Source: Nitrospirota bacterium (GTDB lineage Bacteria > Nitrospirota > UBA9217). From it: DNA of 64,000 nucleotides. The stretch lies in NCBI GenBank assembly GCA_963790205.1, contig CAWBNQ010000001.1:640001-704000 (forward strand), in the 5' to 3' direction. The translations under genes and the position numbers were made by a program. Shown piece by piece: positions 49,557 to 60,900 of this stretch; position 1 is the first letter of the stretch; every line of letters starts with the position of its first letter. Below the pieces are notes generated by a model, which made no database searches, was not told where the DNA came from, and saw nothing but the letters and a program-made list of their open reading frames with translations.

Positions 49557-51342
49557 TCTTGTTCTCCTTATTAGATCCGCCTTGGAGTTTATTTATAATT
49601 GGCATGACAAAGGTGTCAAGCTGAGTCTTAATATATTGCCTGTTTATGGATTTATTTTTGCTCATCGATAGTAGTTTTTCGTGCTTTTCTTTTAAACGAA
49701 GCCAAAGGGGCAGATGTTCCTGAGTAACAACTGCATTGTCGCATATATTGGGATTGCATCTACATTCAAGGCCCGCCTCACATCTTGCCTGTTCGGGATT
49801 CCAGATGCATAGGCCGAGAAACGTGCTGCGAACATATAGATCTGCAATGATTTCTTTAAACAAACTTTCTTTCTCTCTCACTGTTTTGCCGCTAAAGTAG
49901 GCATCTCGATTATCAGCTATATGCTGGCCTCCCTTGCCCGCAAGAGCGATTGAATCCAGCAAGATTGGTCTCAGAATGTCCCGAGTCACTTCAATGCTCA
50001 TTGCGTAAACTTCCTGCTTCAAATCCTCGTCATCTGTTTCCGCATACCAGATGGTCATATCCATACTCAAATGCTTAAATTGTGTCTGCAAAAACTTTAA
50101 ATTACATTTATTTTCTTTCATCATATAATATGCAAAAGATCTTCTGAATTGATGGGTATGTATTCTCCACCGTTTACCATTATAAAGAGCCACATTGTTA
50201 TTTTTAATAAATTTTTTCAATTGACCATTGGCGCTCTGGTTTGACAGGATCATGACCCGATCGCCAGACTCGATCAGAAATAATTCTTTTAGCCCCGACT
50301 CCTCTCGTAACGGTTTCGTAAGCAAGGATAAAACGTCAACTGCTGTTTTAACAACTTTAGGTACCATCCAGTGTTCCAGTTTAGGCTGAGTGTGAGGCTT
50401 ATACGTGAGTGAAAAAATTTTATAAATAATGCCGCTGCCCTTTTTTTTCTTCTTTTTAATGCAATTATCTTGAATGCTGACAACTTCGGAGTCGCGCATG
50501 CCTGAGAAAAAGGCAATGATGATGTAGCAAGCCATTCTAAGATTTGTAACGTCTCGGTTTAGAGCGTGAATACTCGGTAAGTTATGTGTCTGGCAAAAAC
50601 GCGTGCGTGCCTTGTCTCGGAAGTTTGCCGATCGATTTTTAAATTGCTTTCTCAGATTTCGATACTCGTGATAAATATTAATGATAGAAACTTTTGTTTC
50701 TACATGTTTTAAGGCCTTGCCAATGAGGTCCGCGAGTACTATCTCGGGAATGCGAAGAGTCTTGTTCTTTTCTTGTTCGGCTAAATTATTACCGACCAAG
50801 CTTCCGGTTGGTTCGTAGTTGAAGGGATGTTCGCTAATTGCGTCATCAATCACCGATTTTTGTCTGAAAAGATCGACGAGAATATCAAGAAGTGCGCCTT
50901 TTCTTGATTTTGAGATTGATAAGGAAAGTACATATTTTAAATAATCTTGGCAGGCCGTTTTATCAAGCTCGGCAAATTTATTATAGGCTCTGCTAGCCAT
51001 CCATTTCAGTAGTTTTCTTAAAGGATATATTTTGCTCAAGATAGTAATGCGCTTTACGCGAGATGAGGAGCTGAATAAGAGAGAGTATATGAAGTTTCTG
51101 GTGCTATCATACAATTCTTCATGCTTCGCATCTGTGATCTTTGTCTTGTCGTTAAATACAAATCTGTTCCAGTCAATAATCTTTCGGTAATCGGTTATAT
51201 TCTTATTGGGGATTTCTTTGACAAAATCCCAACATTGGTCACTATAATTCGACACTTTAGAAACAAAGAGATTCTTTCTTCTTTTTTGAGAAATTTTATT
51301 TATGATGATCGGGCCAGACTCTGTATTTAAGCGAGTTATCAT
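49456..51342 (-). CDS. Tyrosine recombinase (third of trio)
   Basis: FSGMRDSE, THQFRRSFA, QFKH, MTIWY. Confidence 0.85.
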   Translation of the reverse strand: MITRLNTESGPIIINKISQKRRKNLFVSKVSNYSDQCWDFVKEIPNKNITDYRKIIDWNRFVFNDKTKITDAKHEELYDSTRNFIYSLLFSSSSRVKRITILSKIYPLRKLLKWMASRAYNKFAELDKTACQDYLKYVLSLSISKSRKGALLDILVDLFRQKSVIDDAISEHPFNYEPTGSLVGNNLAEQEKNKTLRIPEIVLADLIGKALKHVETKVSIINIYHEYRNLRKQFKNRSANFRDKARTRFCQTHNLPSIHALNRDVTNLRMACYIIIAFFSGMRDSEVVSIQDNCIKKKKKKGSGIIYKIFSLTYKPHTQPKLEHWMVPKVVKTAVDVLSLLTKPLREESGLKELFLIESGDRVMILSNQSANGQLKKFIKNNNVALYNGKRWRIHTHQFRRSFAYYMMKENKCNLKFLQTQFKHLSMDMTIWYAETDDEDLKQEVYAMSIEVTRDILRPILLDSIALAGKGGQHIADNRDAYFSGKTVREKESLFKEIIADLYVRSTFLGLCIWNPEQARCEAGLECRCNPNICDNAVVTQEHLPLWLRLKEKHEKLLSMSKNKSINRQYIKTQLDTFVMPIINKLQGGSNKENKIDAQKRKSRSPQKSCSKKNGSNRRAYSFGNSAN

Positions 51343-53402
51343 GAATTGAGATGGTCCTCCAAATACATTGTAGGCAGATCTATAGCTGGAGCAGGGTATT
51401 TCGCAGCACTTGTTCTTGCTTTTTCAACAGTAGTTTTGCTAAAACGAGGAAGAATATCGTTGTCAATTATTGAAAGAATGAACCCATATGTCTTCTTAAA
51501 TGCCTTTGCGCTCATACTTTTTTTAAACTGCGCTATGCGATTATAATGAGAGATTAGTTCCGGCAGATCAGTGTCTAAGACAAGCGTGTGTCGACACGTT
51601 ATGCATTTCCAAAAACGGCTACAACGCTTCATTGCTTTTTCTCCTTTTAGCGGTGATCTAAACGGATCAAGACAGTTGCCGAGGCCCGTGAAAAATATCT
51701 GGTTGCGTAAAAGAGTTATTACTTTTTCCTTAGTCGTTCCGACTTTTTCTGCGTATCGGCCGATTAAATCATTATTTCTTATAGCACTTAATATATTTGC
51801 GATTCCGCGGAAGGCTCGATCTTCAGCTTTTTCTTTATCGAACTGATGTATATATCTCTGTGTTGTCTTTAGTTGAGCGTGATTTAAAAGCGTGCGAATT
51901 TTGACGATATCCCCATCGCATAATTCAAAAGCTCTAGAAGCAAATGTTGGCCTGAAACGCGTAATATTAAGTTTGAGCGGGCTGCCATCATCTGCTTTTA
52001 AATTGTACTTTTTAATAAGCCAGTCAAATTCATTATTAGAGATATCATCAATACTTCTTATTCCATTTGAATAGCTATTATAGAGCCATAGATTTTTTTC
52101 ATCTATGCCTGCTCCGGGCACAAGCGAATCGGTCAGATGAAGAACGCGCTCGACAATCAATCTAGCGATTGGGCTCCAGGATCGGTGAATTGAATGGCCT
52201 CGGGTTTTCGACCACGTTACATATTTGCGTCCAAGTAGCGCATCTTCCCTTATGCAGTCGCGTTTCATCTCAATAAGCGGCGTCTTATTTGCGCCTGTAA
52301 CAATAGCAAAAAACATTACAAAGGGTGTTAGCGCCTGTTTCGTTGTTGATGACCATACGTCTAAGCGCTGCCACACTGCGTCGATACCGCCATGAAAAAA
52401 TCTTGCAGCTCGAATAAATGAGTGATGGCCATTATCACGCAGCCAGTTTATTGATCTATATTCACACTGAAGAACATTTTCAAAATACCAAACAATGTTA
52501 TTCCACTGCGTCCAGGGTACTTGTGCCCCCTTGGTAGGATCCGTCCCAATACGCTTTTTGGTGTATTGTCTGTCAGAACCCACCCCTAATTTTGTCCAAA
52601 CGGCTTTTAACCCGTTATGAAATTTAACACCGACGACAAAACTTAAATGTCCGTGCTTACAAAGCCACCTCTGCGTTCTCGGCGTGCACCGTAATTTGGT
52701 CTCGAAATACCAAACAACGTTTTCCCATCCTCTCCAGGGTGAGTCTTTGTTGTGATTGCCGACACGGGGATCACGCCCAACATTTTTTTTAATATAATGG
52801 TTTTCAAGCTTTATATTGACCTCCTCCAGTTCCGCTTCTATGGCCCTCATAATCTGTACGAGTTCGCTTTTGGAGTAGGGTTCTCTAGGCGTACTATGTC
52901 TTGACGCTTTTGCATAAACGTCATGAGGAAATACTAAATTAACGGAGCAATCTTGCCGTTTGTGAATAACGAGCCACTCAAGCATTTTTTTTACATAAGA
53001 ATAAAATTTTCTCTGTGTATTTGGATTCCAGGGCTCGTCCGAAATTTTGTTATTTTGCTTTAGCCAATATATGTATAATTCTATGAGCCCTGAGTCGATT
53101 TGATCTAAAGTTGTTATGACGTTACCATAAGAGTCCAAGTGATCCAGAAACCGCCAAAATATTTTTAGCGCAAAAAGATAGCTTACTCGAGATTTATGTC
53201 TCAGAAACTGGCCGCAAAATGCATGTTGAAAGTGACGGGCTAGTACAGGTCTTTTATGTGCAAACGGTGAAAAATCATAGGGATATTTTTTGCCGGATCT
53301 ATCTTTAAGAACAACCTTCCAAGTAGGAAAAGCAACGGCAGCCTTTCGGCTTGTCACTGCAGATTTCTCAGTCGGAATCCTTTTTCGTTTCGTTATGTCC
53401 AT
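51339..53402 (-). CDS. Tyrosine-recombinase-like protein (second of trio; degenerate active site)
   Basis: VTGAN (Arg replaced by Asn), TRFRPTFA, LLNH, TQRY. Confidence 0.75.
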   Translation of the reverse strand: MDITKRKRIPTEKSAVTSRKAAVAFPTWKVVLKDRSGKKYPYDFSPFAHKRPVLARHFQHAFCGQFLRHKSRVSYLFALKIFWRFLDHLDSYGNVITTLDQIDSGLIELYIYWLKQNNKISDEPWNPNTQRKFYSYVKKMLEWLVIHKRQDCSVNLVFPHDVYAKASRHSTPREPYSKSELVQIMRAIEAELEEVNIKLENHYIKKNVGRDPRVGNHNKDSPWRGWENVVWYFETKLRCTPRTQRWLCKHGHLSFVVGVKFHNGLKAVWTKLGVGSDRQYTKKRIGTDPTKGAQVPWTQWNNIVWYFENVLQCEYRSINWLRDNGHHSFIRAARFFHGGIDAVWQRLDVWSSTTKQALTPFVMFFAIVTGANKTPLIEMKRDCIREDALLGRKYVTWSKTRGHSIHRSWSPIARLIVERVLHLTDSLVPGAGIDEKNLWLYNSYSNGIRSIDDISNNEFDWLIKKYNLKADDGSPLKLNITRFRPTFASRAFELCDGDIVKIRTLLNHAQLKTTQRYIHQFDKEKAEDRAFRGIANILSAIRNNDLIGRYAEKVGTTKEKVITLLRNQIFFTGLGNCLDPFRSPLKGEKAMKRCSRFWKCITCRHTLVLDTDLPELISHYNRIAQFKKSMSAKAFKKTYGFILSIIDNDILPRFSKTTVEKARTSAAKYPAPAIDLPTMYLEDHLNS

Positions 53403-54499
53403 TTAAATTTATTTTTGAACATGCGCATGATCTCTTTGTCGAGCTCAGCGACCGTCTTCAATATGGTTTCTGGGTCTAAATGCGTATAAATTTCAGTGGA
53501 CGATATCCGGACATGTCCTAGAAGCCTTTTCAGAGCGTATATGTCCTTTGTTTTTGCGTAATACCTGAAAGCAAATGTATGCCTGAACATGTGGGGCGTC
53601 AGTCGAAACCCCGCTTTTCGTCCCCAATTTCGCACTCGGTTCCATAATGCCTTTCGTGTAAGTGGACCCCCTCTTGAGTTGAGCCAGAAAGATTTTATAT
53701 TTTTTTTCTTGAGTCGCTTGATCTTTATTGAACGATCGTAGTCTCGCCAATTTAAAAGTGCTACAAGGAGAGGACGCCCGATATATACAGTTCTTTCTTT
53801 ATTGCCCTTCCCTATGACCTGAAACTCATACGTTTTTCTTTTGCTAAGCAAGTCTTCTTCTGGTATATCATCAAGGTTGATACCGACGAACTCAGCTAAT
53901 CTAGTTCCGGTAGAGATTAGAAGCGCATAAATCAGTTTATCCTCTTCGGAATCTAAAACCTTCTCAATGAGAATTTTTTGCTGTTCTTTTGAAATATAAG
54001 GTGCTTCTTTGCGGATTTTAGAAGGCACGACATCGGCAACATCTATAAAAACGGGCGATTTGTATGCATGAGCAAAAAAACCTTGATCTCCTGATATAGT
54101 GGCTTGCTGCTTATTTAAGGTAAAAGGGAGTTTGGATATAAAACCTTCCCTAAACGCCCATTTGTAGAATCGCACGTTCGTACTGATATAATCATGTATC
54201 GAATTAACTTCGATCACCTTTCCAGGTCCGTTTGCACATTCAAGATAACTTCGATATCTTGCAATATCTTTCTCAATAACGTGATTCCATTCTAAGTTGT
54301 TTTTGTCAAGCCAGTCGAAATAATACAGAGAATGATATCCGTATGTAGACCACGTTTTATCGCTTTGCGTCCTGCCTCTGACAAGGGCCAAATATCGAAA
54401 CCAACGGTTGGGGACAGTGATCAACTCCATTTTGTCATTGACCAGGAAAGGGATGCCTACCTTGTCATGTTCTTTGCCTGTGAAAAAGATTTCAGCCAT
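53393..54499 (-). CDS. Tyrosine recombinase (first of trio, XerC/D-like)
   Basis: STGTRLAE, GKGNKER, PHMFRHTFA, LLGH, TEIY: full catalytic set. Confidence 0.9.
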   Translation of the reverse strand: MAEIFFTGKEHDKVGIPFLVNDKMELITVPNRWFRYLALVRGRTQSDKTWSTYGYHSLYYFDWLDKNNLEWNHVIEKDIARYRSYLECANGPGKVIEVNSIHDYISTNVRFYKWAFREGFISKLPFTLNKQQATISGDQGFFAHAYKSPVFIDVADVVPSKIRKEAPYISKEQQKILIEKVLDSEEDKLIYALLISTGTRLAEFVGINLDDIPEEDLLSKRKTYEFQVIGKGNKERTVYIGRPLLVALLNWRDYDRSIKIKRLKKKNIKSFWLNSRGGPLTRKALWNRVRNWGRKAGFRLTPHMFRHTFAFRYYAKTKDIYALKRLLGHVRISSTEIYTHLDPETILKTVAELDKEIMRMFKNKFKWT

Positions 54500-54911
54500 C
54501 TTCTGCTCTAACGGGTCACCCAAAAGGTCCTGTTCAAATGCTTTGTAAATGCGTGTGGGGACGCAACCGAATTGGATTATGAGCTCGGTTATTCATATGA
54601 CTGAAATGGTACGTTAAGTGGGCGGCATTGTCAATAGAAAAGCTTCGTAAGTAACTGAAAATATTAACTATTTCAGTGGCACTGACTCAGTGGCACTAAA
54701 ATAGTCGTTCTAAATTCGAGAAGCGATGCGGCTCCCATTGACACCGTTTTGAATCAGGCATATAGTCGTGCTATTACGGATTTTAAAAATAGCGAAAAAA
54801 GAGACCGCGCAGGTATTGTCATGAAAAAGCTGAGGCTGCCTTTACTCATCCTTGTTCTACCTGTCACTGTTAATGCAGAAGGACTCACTCTGAATATAGG
54901 GTCTAACTGAC

Positions 54912-56138
54912 GTGAAACTGGATGCTGTCACGTGGCTGGACTTCCGGGCCGACGATCTTTCGCAGGCGCGCAATTTCATTCGCTCGCTGCAAGAAGAAGG
55001 TGTGATCGACGAACTGGGATTCCTTGCCCTGCTGGGACGGTTCTCAGATCTCCTGCATCCCGCGACAACGACATTGATGCGTTCAGCGCGGTATTTTTAC
55101 TTCGTTGCCGGAATCTATCGCGAACTCGAGAGAGAGAGTGTTCGCTCCAGCCAAGTTGCTCTTCGTGCTCAGCAGCGGCAGAATGCTCTTGCCGTAGAAC
55201 TTGCCGTCAAGGAGAGTGTCGGCGTTATTGGTAAAGAATCTGGGATGACGTTGCAACAGTTCCCCTCACTGATTTACTGGGGTGCACTGCGCAAGCTCGG
55301 GATGATGACCACCCAACTATCCGAGAGCGCATACCAGGAGCAGTTCGACGACATTCGTGTTCAGCGGCGCGGGTACAAGGACGATGACAAGACTGCTCAA
55401 GGACCGGTAGATTTCCTGTACTGGGACGCGACGTTACCGCCCGCAACGTTCCTCGACGCGCAAGGCGGTGTGAAGTCAGGAGTGACCTTCAAGCTCACCA
55501 ATGCTGAAGCCCAGGATTTGCAGAGGCGGTTCACGTCCAAATTCCCTAAATCACTGTTGTCGCACATGCTCACGAATCGTCTTGTGGGTACGCTGTGGCC
55601 TTGGGATTGCCCGAAGCCGCCGGCGGACCTCCATGTGTGGCTCTCCCACGCCAGGAGCATGAGTCTTTTTGTTCGTGGCGCGACACTTCAATACTACGCG
55701 CTCTTGATAGAGTCGCTCGACCAATTGGGGGATCGCCAGTCGAAAGACGTAGTCACTCCGGTCTTTGAGAATTGGTGGGTCGAAGCGAGAGGCATTCTGA
55801 AGAAGTGGAACACGAATGAGTTTGCGACCGTGCCCACGGTGGCTTCTGCGCTCCGTGTTGACCCTAAAGGAGATCGGTGGTTTATGGACGGCTGGCTTGA
55901 TCGCTTCCTAGCTGCGCCGAATGCTAAAGCCCTTCTTGCTGACAGGCAAGCACGCGACTTGATACGAGAAAGAGAAATTAGGGTAAAACCGGCCAAGGCG
56001 CGACTCAAACATCCAAAACACCTGAAGCAGTGGAAGCCCGATCGTGTTGGAGATGCCGTCTACCAGTTTGACTACCGGCACAACATTGGCTCCCGGTTTG
56101 TGTCTGAGATTCTTGGCGGCATGGGGTATGGGCAATGA
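54912..56138 (+). CDS. DUF6361-like protein (Azaca ZacA-like)
   Basis: N-terminal WLDF..EGVIDELG..FSDLLHPATTTL..ARYFYFV, YWGALRKLG, ARL, FDYR. Confidence 0.65.
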   Translation: MKLDAVTWLDFRADDLSQARNFIRSLQEEGVIDELGFLALLGRFSDLLHPATTTLMRSARYFYFVAGIYRELERESVRSSQVALRAQQRQNALAVELAVKESVGVIGKESGMTLQQFPSLIYWGALRKLGMMTTQLSESAYQEQFDDIRVQRRGYKDDDKTAQGPVDFLYWDATLPPATFLDAQGGVKSGVTFKLTNAEAQDLQRRFTSKFPKSLLSHMLTNRLVGTLWPWDCPKPPADLHVWLSHARSMSLFVRGATLQYYALLIESLDQLGDRQSKDVVTPVFENWWVEARGILKKWNTNEFATVPTVASALRVDPKGDRWFMDGWLDRFLAAPNAKALLADRQARDLIREREIRVKPAKARLKHPKHLKQWKPDRVGDAVYQFDYRHNIGSRFVSEILGGMGYGQ

Positions 56139-57928
56139 GTGTCCTCGACGTGACCCGTCAACGCAGCGCTTTCACGGACGCTCTACGCCCGCCGCCCGGG
56201 TACGTTTTGGGGGCCTGCATCGGAACCACCTACAGCTTGGACTTTGAAGCGTTTACCGCCGTCCTGTTGGCATTTGTCGGAGCGGATGTTGAAGATCCTC
56301 TCAATGATGCGCCATCCGTGCTGACTACAGTTTCGCGTTTACGGTCTCGTCTGGGTGTGTTTGTGAACAGTGGAAGCTTGCACCCGCCAAGAACGACCAA
56401 CAGGCTCTTTGCGCTGTACGACCGGATTCTGCGTCCAATCACACTGGATCGGGGAGCGTTTCATCCCAAGGTCTGGGTTTTGCGGTACGATCCTACGAGG
56501 CGACCCGAACAGAATAGTGTCGAGCCGATCTATCGAGTTCTCACAGCCAGCAGGAACGTGACGGATTCCGGTTGCTGGGAGCTTGGTGCGTTGCTGCAGG
56601 GCACCAAGCAATCGAGTCGCCAACAGTTTGGCTCCGATCTGTCCGCCTTCTGTCGAAAGGTGGCGGCAGCGCCGAATCTGCCAAAGGCACTCTGGCAGCT
56701 GATCAACGAGCTCAAGAATGTCGAGTTTGCCCAACCTCGGGAGGCGGCGACCAACCTGAGATTCGATTGGCAGTGGCCAGGTAAGCAAGTGCTCATCAAT
56801 CATCTGCCGAATCGTGCGACCCGAGTACTCCTGATCTCGCCATTTGTTCGCGCGGAATTTCTCACGAAGATTTGCGAGCGGGTTGACGAGCTTATCCTCA
56901 TCAGTACTCAGGAGGAACTTGACAGCCTGTCAGAAAATACTCACGCCCAGCTAGCCGATGCCCAAGTTTTCGTTGTCACAGGCAGCGGCGTTGAAGACAT
57001 GCCGACGCTGGATCTTCACGCCAAGTTGCTCGTGTGGGAAAACAACGCAGAGACCGAGACCATGATTGGGTCCGCGAATGCCACCGGTCCGGGTTGGGGT
57101 TGCGGTTCGATCACGAATTGCGAAGCCATGGTTTCGCTGCGGCCGGGGCTTGGGATAGAACCGGTCATGAAAGCTTTTGTGTCTCCGTCAAAAGGGCAAC
57201 TTCATGAGTGGATCGAGCAGTATAATAGAAAGCCCGAAGTCGTTGACCCCGAAAAAGAGGCGTGTAGGCATTTAGAGAAGTTTAAACGTATCCTGTTAGC
57301 TGACAAAATTCATGGGGACTACAAGCCCGACAAGAAGCTCTTGCGATTGGTTGCCAAGTCACCAGTGGCTGGAGATGCGTGGCCGTCAAGCGTTCGCGCC
57401 GAAATCGTCCCCCTCCTGCAGCGTGATCTAAAGATGTGGGAGGACTATCGTCTGATATATAGCGCAGGCGCGTCATTTGCCGGTATTGAGCTCGAGGATG
57501 TCACGGCCTTTGCGATAGTCATCCTTCGTGACGAACACTACAAGGACATCGATGTTTCATTCGTTGTTCAGTTTGAACTTAACATGGATCAACAGGAAGC
57601 TGACGCGCGAGACAACGCAGTGAATACGCGGCTTCTTGAAGGGGTTGACGCTCGCAACTTGCTCTTAAATGTCCTAAGCGGTTTACCAGGTGGAACGTCG
57701 CGCTCGCCTTCAGTCGACCAGCATCATGGTGGCGGGCATGGAAGCGAGCCACTTCTACGCCGGGCAAGCATCGAGCGGATTCTTGAAGTATGCACGGCCG
57801 ATCCCAGCCGTGCCGAGGAGGTCGAGGCTGTCCTGGCGGCCTGTGGCGATGCCGAGAACATGAGCTCATTCCGTAAGTTCTGGGCCGTGTTTCGGGAGGC
57901 ACTCGCAGAGGAGCGCGCCGGTGTCTGA
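56135..57928 (+). CDS. Phospholipase D-fold protein (Azaca ZacB-like)
   Basis: LRPPPGY..GTTYSLD, FHPKVW..SRNVT, ISPFV, LHAKL..GSANAT. Confidence 0.75.
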   Translation: MSVLDVTRQRSAFTDALRPPPGYVLGACIGTTYSLDFEAFTAVLLAFVGADVEDPLNDAPSVLTTVSRLRSRLGVFVNSGSLHPPRTTNRLFALYDRILRPITLDRGAFHPKVWVLRYDPTRRPEQNSVEPIYRVLTASRNVTDSGCWELGALLQGTKQSSRQQFGSDLSAFCRKVAAAPNLPKALWQLINELKNVEFAQPREAATNLRFDWQWPGKQVLINHLPNRATRVLLISPFVRAEFLTKICERVDELILISTQEELDSLSENTHAQLADAQVFVVTGSGVEDMPTLDLHAKLLVWENNAETETMIGSANATGPGWGCGSITNCEAMVSLRPGLGIEPVMKAFVSPSKGQLHEWIEQYNRKPEVVDPEKEACRHLEKFKRILLADKIHGDYKPDKKLLRLVAKSPVAGDAWPSSVRAEIVPLLQRDLKMWEDYRLIYSAGASFAGIELEDVTAFAIVILRDEHYKDIDVSFVVQFELNMDQQEADARDNAVNTRLLEGVDARNLLLNVLSGLPGGTSRSPSVDQHHGGGHGSEPLLRRASIERILEVCTADPSRAEEVEAVLAACGDAENMSSFRKFWAVFREALAEERAGV

Positions 57929-60900
57929 CCTGAAGCTTGCAGAGTTCCAGAGTGCCGCGGCTCAGACTATCTGTGATCGTCTGACGGACCGCAATGGTTC
58001 GCGACGCTTTCTCCTTGCTGATGAAGTCGGTCTCGGCAAAACCGTTGTTGCGCGCGGCGTCATCGAGGAACTGTTGCGTCGTCGAAGAGGAAGAGACCTG
58101 AATGTGGTCTATCTCTGCTCGAATTCGGAGATCGCAGATCAGAATCGAATCAAACTGGCGCCAAAAGCGCCGCCATCCGTGCGTAGGATCACCCAGCTTG
58201 CATGGAGCGGGAGCGGCAGTGATTCTGACCGGCTTCAGCTCTACTCGTTTACGCCTGGTACATCGCTAACAGCGGGCACCGGAATGGCTTGGGAACGCCG
58301 GATGCTCCTTTATTTAGCCTATCGGGTGCTCCGGCTCGACATTCTCCGAGGCAACTGGCGAAATTACTTCCGGTGCGGCGCGGGCAAGGAGAATTGGAGA
58401 AAGGACACCAGGTTCCGCTCGCTGAAGAACGAGTTTAGTCGCAAACTTCGCTCAGGCTTACAGGAGCGGATAGCCGACGAATGGAAGAAACCGATTGAGA
58501 TTGGCGGCGCCACGCTGGTGCCACTGTCAGCGCTGCGGGCTGAAGTGGATATGTTTGATCCGGAGGATCCGGAGAGTCGGAGGCGCCGCAACAAGCTTAT
58601 AGGCATTTTGCGTACGGGCGCTCAGCGTGCTCTCTTGGATGAACTGGAGCCCCATCTCGTGATTCTTGACGAGGTTCAGCGCTTCAGAGAGGTGATTGAG
58701 GAGGCTGGAAGCAAGAAATCCATCGCGGCGCGTCTCTTCGAGCGCGACCCGGCGGTGCTGATTCTGTCGGCCACCCCGTACCGAATGCTGTCCCTGGATC
58801 ACGAAGGACAGGGAAACTACGACGAATTTCTCGATACAGTGCGCTTCCTGTTTGCGGCCAAGGGTAAAGGGGAAGTAAATAACCTCCGGGCTGATCTGAA
58901 GGCCTTTCGCGAGCGGCTGGAAGTCGGCGTCTTCTTGCGAGGGAACGATACGGATCTCTTGACGCTGAAGTTTAGGATCGAAACACGCTTGCGCAAAGTG
59001 ATCTGCCGTACGGAGCGGAATGCGTACATTCAAGACCAATCGAAGGGCATCGAAGAATTCCGTCCCACGGGAAATGCGTTTGCCGTGCCTCAGAAGCAAG
59101 AGGTGGTTGACTTCATCCGACTACGGCGGTTCCTACTCGATAAAGTAGATACCTCCCAACACATCACAGAGTATTGGAAATCCTGTCCGGCACCGTTCAC
59201 CTTCATGGATGCTCAATATGCTCCGATGGCAGCAGCGAAACGCAAAAAAGCCATTGTGCCCACGGGAGTGGTTGAGCCTCCCTCGAGACTCCGAGAACTA
59301 GCGCACCGGAACCTGCGTTTCCGCCAGCTGTTCCAAGCCGTGTTTGGCGCAACCAATACGCCGTGGAAGTTTCTATGGACTCGGCCGACTTACACTTATT
59401 ATCGAGACGAATTCTTCAGGGACGCAGATCCCGCAAAAATGCTGGTTTTCTCAGGGTGGCGTTTTGTTCCGAAGGCCATAGCACTTCTCACTAGCCTCGA
59501 GGCGGAGCAGCGAATCGCCCCTCACGGCCGCCTATGGGAGGCCGAGTATAGTCAACCTCTGAGTTTCACAGAAAAGGGCTCGTACCACATTTTTGACGTT
59601 TGCTTCCCGTCGCCGGCGCTTGCTCGGCTAATCGAGCCGTCATCGATGGCGTACGAGGAATTGACGGCCAAAGAAGTGCTTAAACGCTCTCGAAAGTCAC
59701 TCAAAGCGGCTCTGACGAAGGCCGGCATTGTGATCGCAGATACGAATAACTCGCCGCTCTGGCAAGTAGTTGCTCGTCTAGAAAAGAATGCAAGCACACT
59801 CGTGCATCTCAAGCTCAAAGAGTGCTCTGCCTATCGGGGCAACCACGCGACCGACCTATTCGAAGAGCACGTTGATACATTCGTCGACTGGATGAATAGC
59901 GACGAGCCACTGCGAATCTCAGAGGAGCGATTGACGCACCTGGCCATGATTGTCGCCTTCTCGCCCGCAATAGCGCTCCTGCGTGCATTCTGGTCGACGT
60001 TTCCTTCTGCGGGAAGACAGGTACCAATTGGTTTAGTCGACCTGTGCTTCGGAGCACTCAGAAGCTATTTCAACCGGCGCACCGTTCGAGCTATCGTCCA
60101 ACGGAGCGTGCCGGAAGGTCGACGCTACGCGCGCGCAGTAATTGAGTACTGCCAACGCGCACATTTTCAGGCGGTGGCCGATGAGTACCTCTACGTCGGG
60201 AAGAATGTGCTTCAGCGAAATACGCCCGGCGAGATGGCGGAGCATTTGCAACGAGTATTGGGTATCGGAACGGGAAGCCCCAACATCAACCTGACCACGG
60301 ATACAGGACGTCTGCGTCAGGACCAGCTGGCGAGACGTGCCCATTTTGCCCTTGCTTTCGGCGAAGACCTCAAGGCTGATCAAGAATCACACCTTGAGCA
60401 ATCGGGGCCCAGCCGAAAGACGGCGGTGCGTGAAGCCTTCAATTCGCCATTCTGGCCGTTTGTGTTGTCAACGACCTCGGTGGGGCAGGAAGGTCTGGAC
60501 TTCCACCTCTTCTGTCGTGATATCGTGCATTGGAACCTGCCGTCCAATCCGGTGGACCTTGAGCAACGCGAAGGGAGAATCAATCGCCGCGATGGACTCG
60601 TCATTCGCCGCGCCATTGCCAGAGAATGGCCGATGAAGCGACTTACCAGAGCGCTCACGGGTGAGCCGACAAGTTTCTGGGATGGCGTATTTAACGTGAT
60701 CGGCGAGGCCTCTGATGTGCAGCGCTATAAGCACGGGCTATATCCTCACTGGATTTTTGAATCAAGAGGCGGTCAGGTTGAGCGTATCAGGCGACACCTG
60801 TTTTTCTATGCTGACAGCCAAGATGCGAGTCGTTACGATGAACTGAAGGAGCGACTTGCGCTCTATCGCTTGGTATTCGGCCAGCCGCGTCAGCAGGACC

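Larger units (their letters stand above)
48550..54697 (-). mobile_element. Three-integrase module (GInt ginABCD-like)
   Basis: Three overlapping tyrosine recombinase genes plus a small HTH/coiled-coil gene; AT-rich; boundaries tentative. Confidence 0.7.

Noticed and set aside
49080..54499. Integron integrase or prophage assignment for the recombinases
   Set aside because: No IntI-like features recognised and no phage structural genes; the trio-plus-small-gene layout fits GInt-like elements better
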